Both the position numbers and the translations under genes were made by a program. Below, in pieces: positions 4,715 to 5,281 of a stretch of DNA of 5,281 bases; the first letter of the stretch is position 1, and every line of letters begins with the position of its first letter. The stretch lies in the IMG/VR virus record IMGVR_UViG_2548876700_000007; one strand, written 5' to 3'. The DNA comes from a virus. Its lineage: Duplodnaviria > Heunggongvirae > Uroviricota > Caudoviricetes. The notes beneath the pieces were generated by a model. That model worked only from the letters and a program-made list of their open reading frames with translations, did no database searches and was not told the DNA's origin.

Positions 4715-5281
4715 CTACAGATTGCCGTTCAGTTTTCTGGCCAACTCTTCAATAGATGGAGGTGATACGTAATCCGGATTTTTATTCATAAGAAACTGAT
4801 TTTCACAGTACAGGCACCTGCTTTTATGAAAAAATTCATATTCTCTAACCGGGAATGGCTGAAGTATCGATACTATCTTTTGTCCAAAACATTTTGGACA
4901 AAGATGCATGATTATGCTGCCGCCGTTCACGGTTACCTCCTTCGAGTACACAAAAGTTCCCGACTCAAGTTGGCTAAGGATATAACCTTCCGTCTGAGCC
5001 TCAAAGTTTTCAAATTCTGCAATTTTAGCTTTGAGAGAAGCATTTATTTCTTGATAAGTGCCCACCAGCTCAACGAGAGACACGCATTCGCGCTGAATAG
5101 ATGCAAGCTTTGAGTTCAGTTCACCAATAGCCGCATTTACTTCAGCTTGAGTTTTTGCCTCGTTCATTAGTTTTGCAATCTGGGCGGTTTCACGAATAGC
5201 CGTCATTGCTGCCGTTAATTCAGCGATCTGAACCGCCCCGGTTTTCCTGGAGAGTGTTTTATCTGTGAACTCAGGCTGCCA
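4715..5281 (-). CDS. hypothetical coiled-coil protein with C-terminal C4 zinc-ribbon motif; 5' end may lie beyond the window (Met at 5206 is an alternative start)
   Basis: Seen: frame is open from the window edge (5281) to TAG 4717..4715. N-terminal region is Ala/Glu/Lys/Gln-rich and heptad-like (coiled-coil prediction is inference). C-terminus has CPKC...(26 aa)...CLYC. Convergent with the cI-side genes. Confidence 0.65.
   Translation of the reverse strand, partial: WQPEFTDKTLSRKTGAVQIAELTAAMTAIRETAQIAKLMNEAKTQAEVNAAIGELNSKLASIQRECVSLVELVGTYQEINASLKAKIAEFENFEAQTEGYILSQLESGTFVYSKEVTVNGGSIIMHLCPKCFGQKIVSILQPFPVREYEFFHKSRCLYCENQFLMNKNPDYVSPPSIEELARKLNGNL
5062..5069 (-). other. Chi site (5'-GCTGGTGG-3' on - strand)
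   Basis: Seen: ccaccagc on the + strand at 5062-5069, same orientation as the 2892 site. Confidence 0.6.

Noticed and set aside
4826-5113. Track ORF 4826..5113 (+)
   Set aside because: Antisense within the coiled-coil/Zn-ribbon ORF; AT-rich mirror frame.
1-5281. CRISPR array, IS element or transposase, integrase, rRNA or tRNA
   Set aside because: The only regular tandem repeats are the iterons, which lie inside a gene and have no spacer structure; no terminal inverted repeats or DDE/tyrosine-recombinase-like ORFs were seen in this window.

Overview
The window reads as the immunity and early-replication region of a lambdoid prophage in an enterobacterial (E. coli-like) genome; this call rests on gene order, motifs and family knowledge recalled from memory, not on any database search. 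On the + strand a CI-type repressor (HTH plus LexA-like S24 peptidase, 3508-4182) ends in a clear intrinsic terminator and is followed by a putative OL/pL-like operator and a small ORF (4370-4600). Divergent from cI on the - strand lie a Cro-like gene (3416-3201), a YdaT/CII-like gene (3204-2779), and a lambda-O-like replication initiator (2754-2059) with five ~23-bp iterons and an AT-rich repeat tract inside its coding sequence. Downstream are an unresolved coding stretch (2062-1683) with two overlapping same-strand frames, three small genes (70 aa acidic, 72 aa membrane, 87 aa) and a DUF551 protein (893-24). A partial convergent ORF at the right edge encodes a coiled-coil plus zinc-ribbon protein. 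No rRNA, tRNA, CRISPR array, transposase or recognisable multi-gene defence system was found. The best candidates for something undescribed are the recoding-like ORF pair after the O-like gene, the small membrane-protein cassette with its SD-hairpin-AUG arrangement, and the Zn-ribbon ORF beside the immunity region; all need homology searches to judge.
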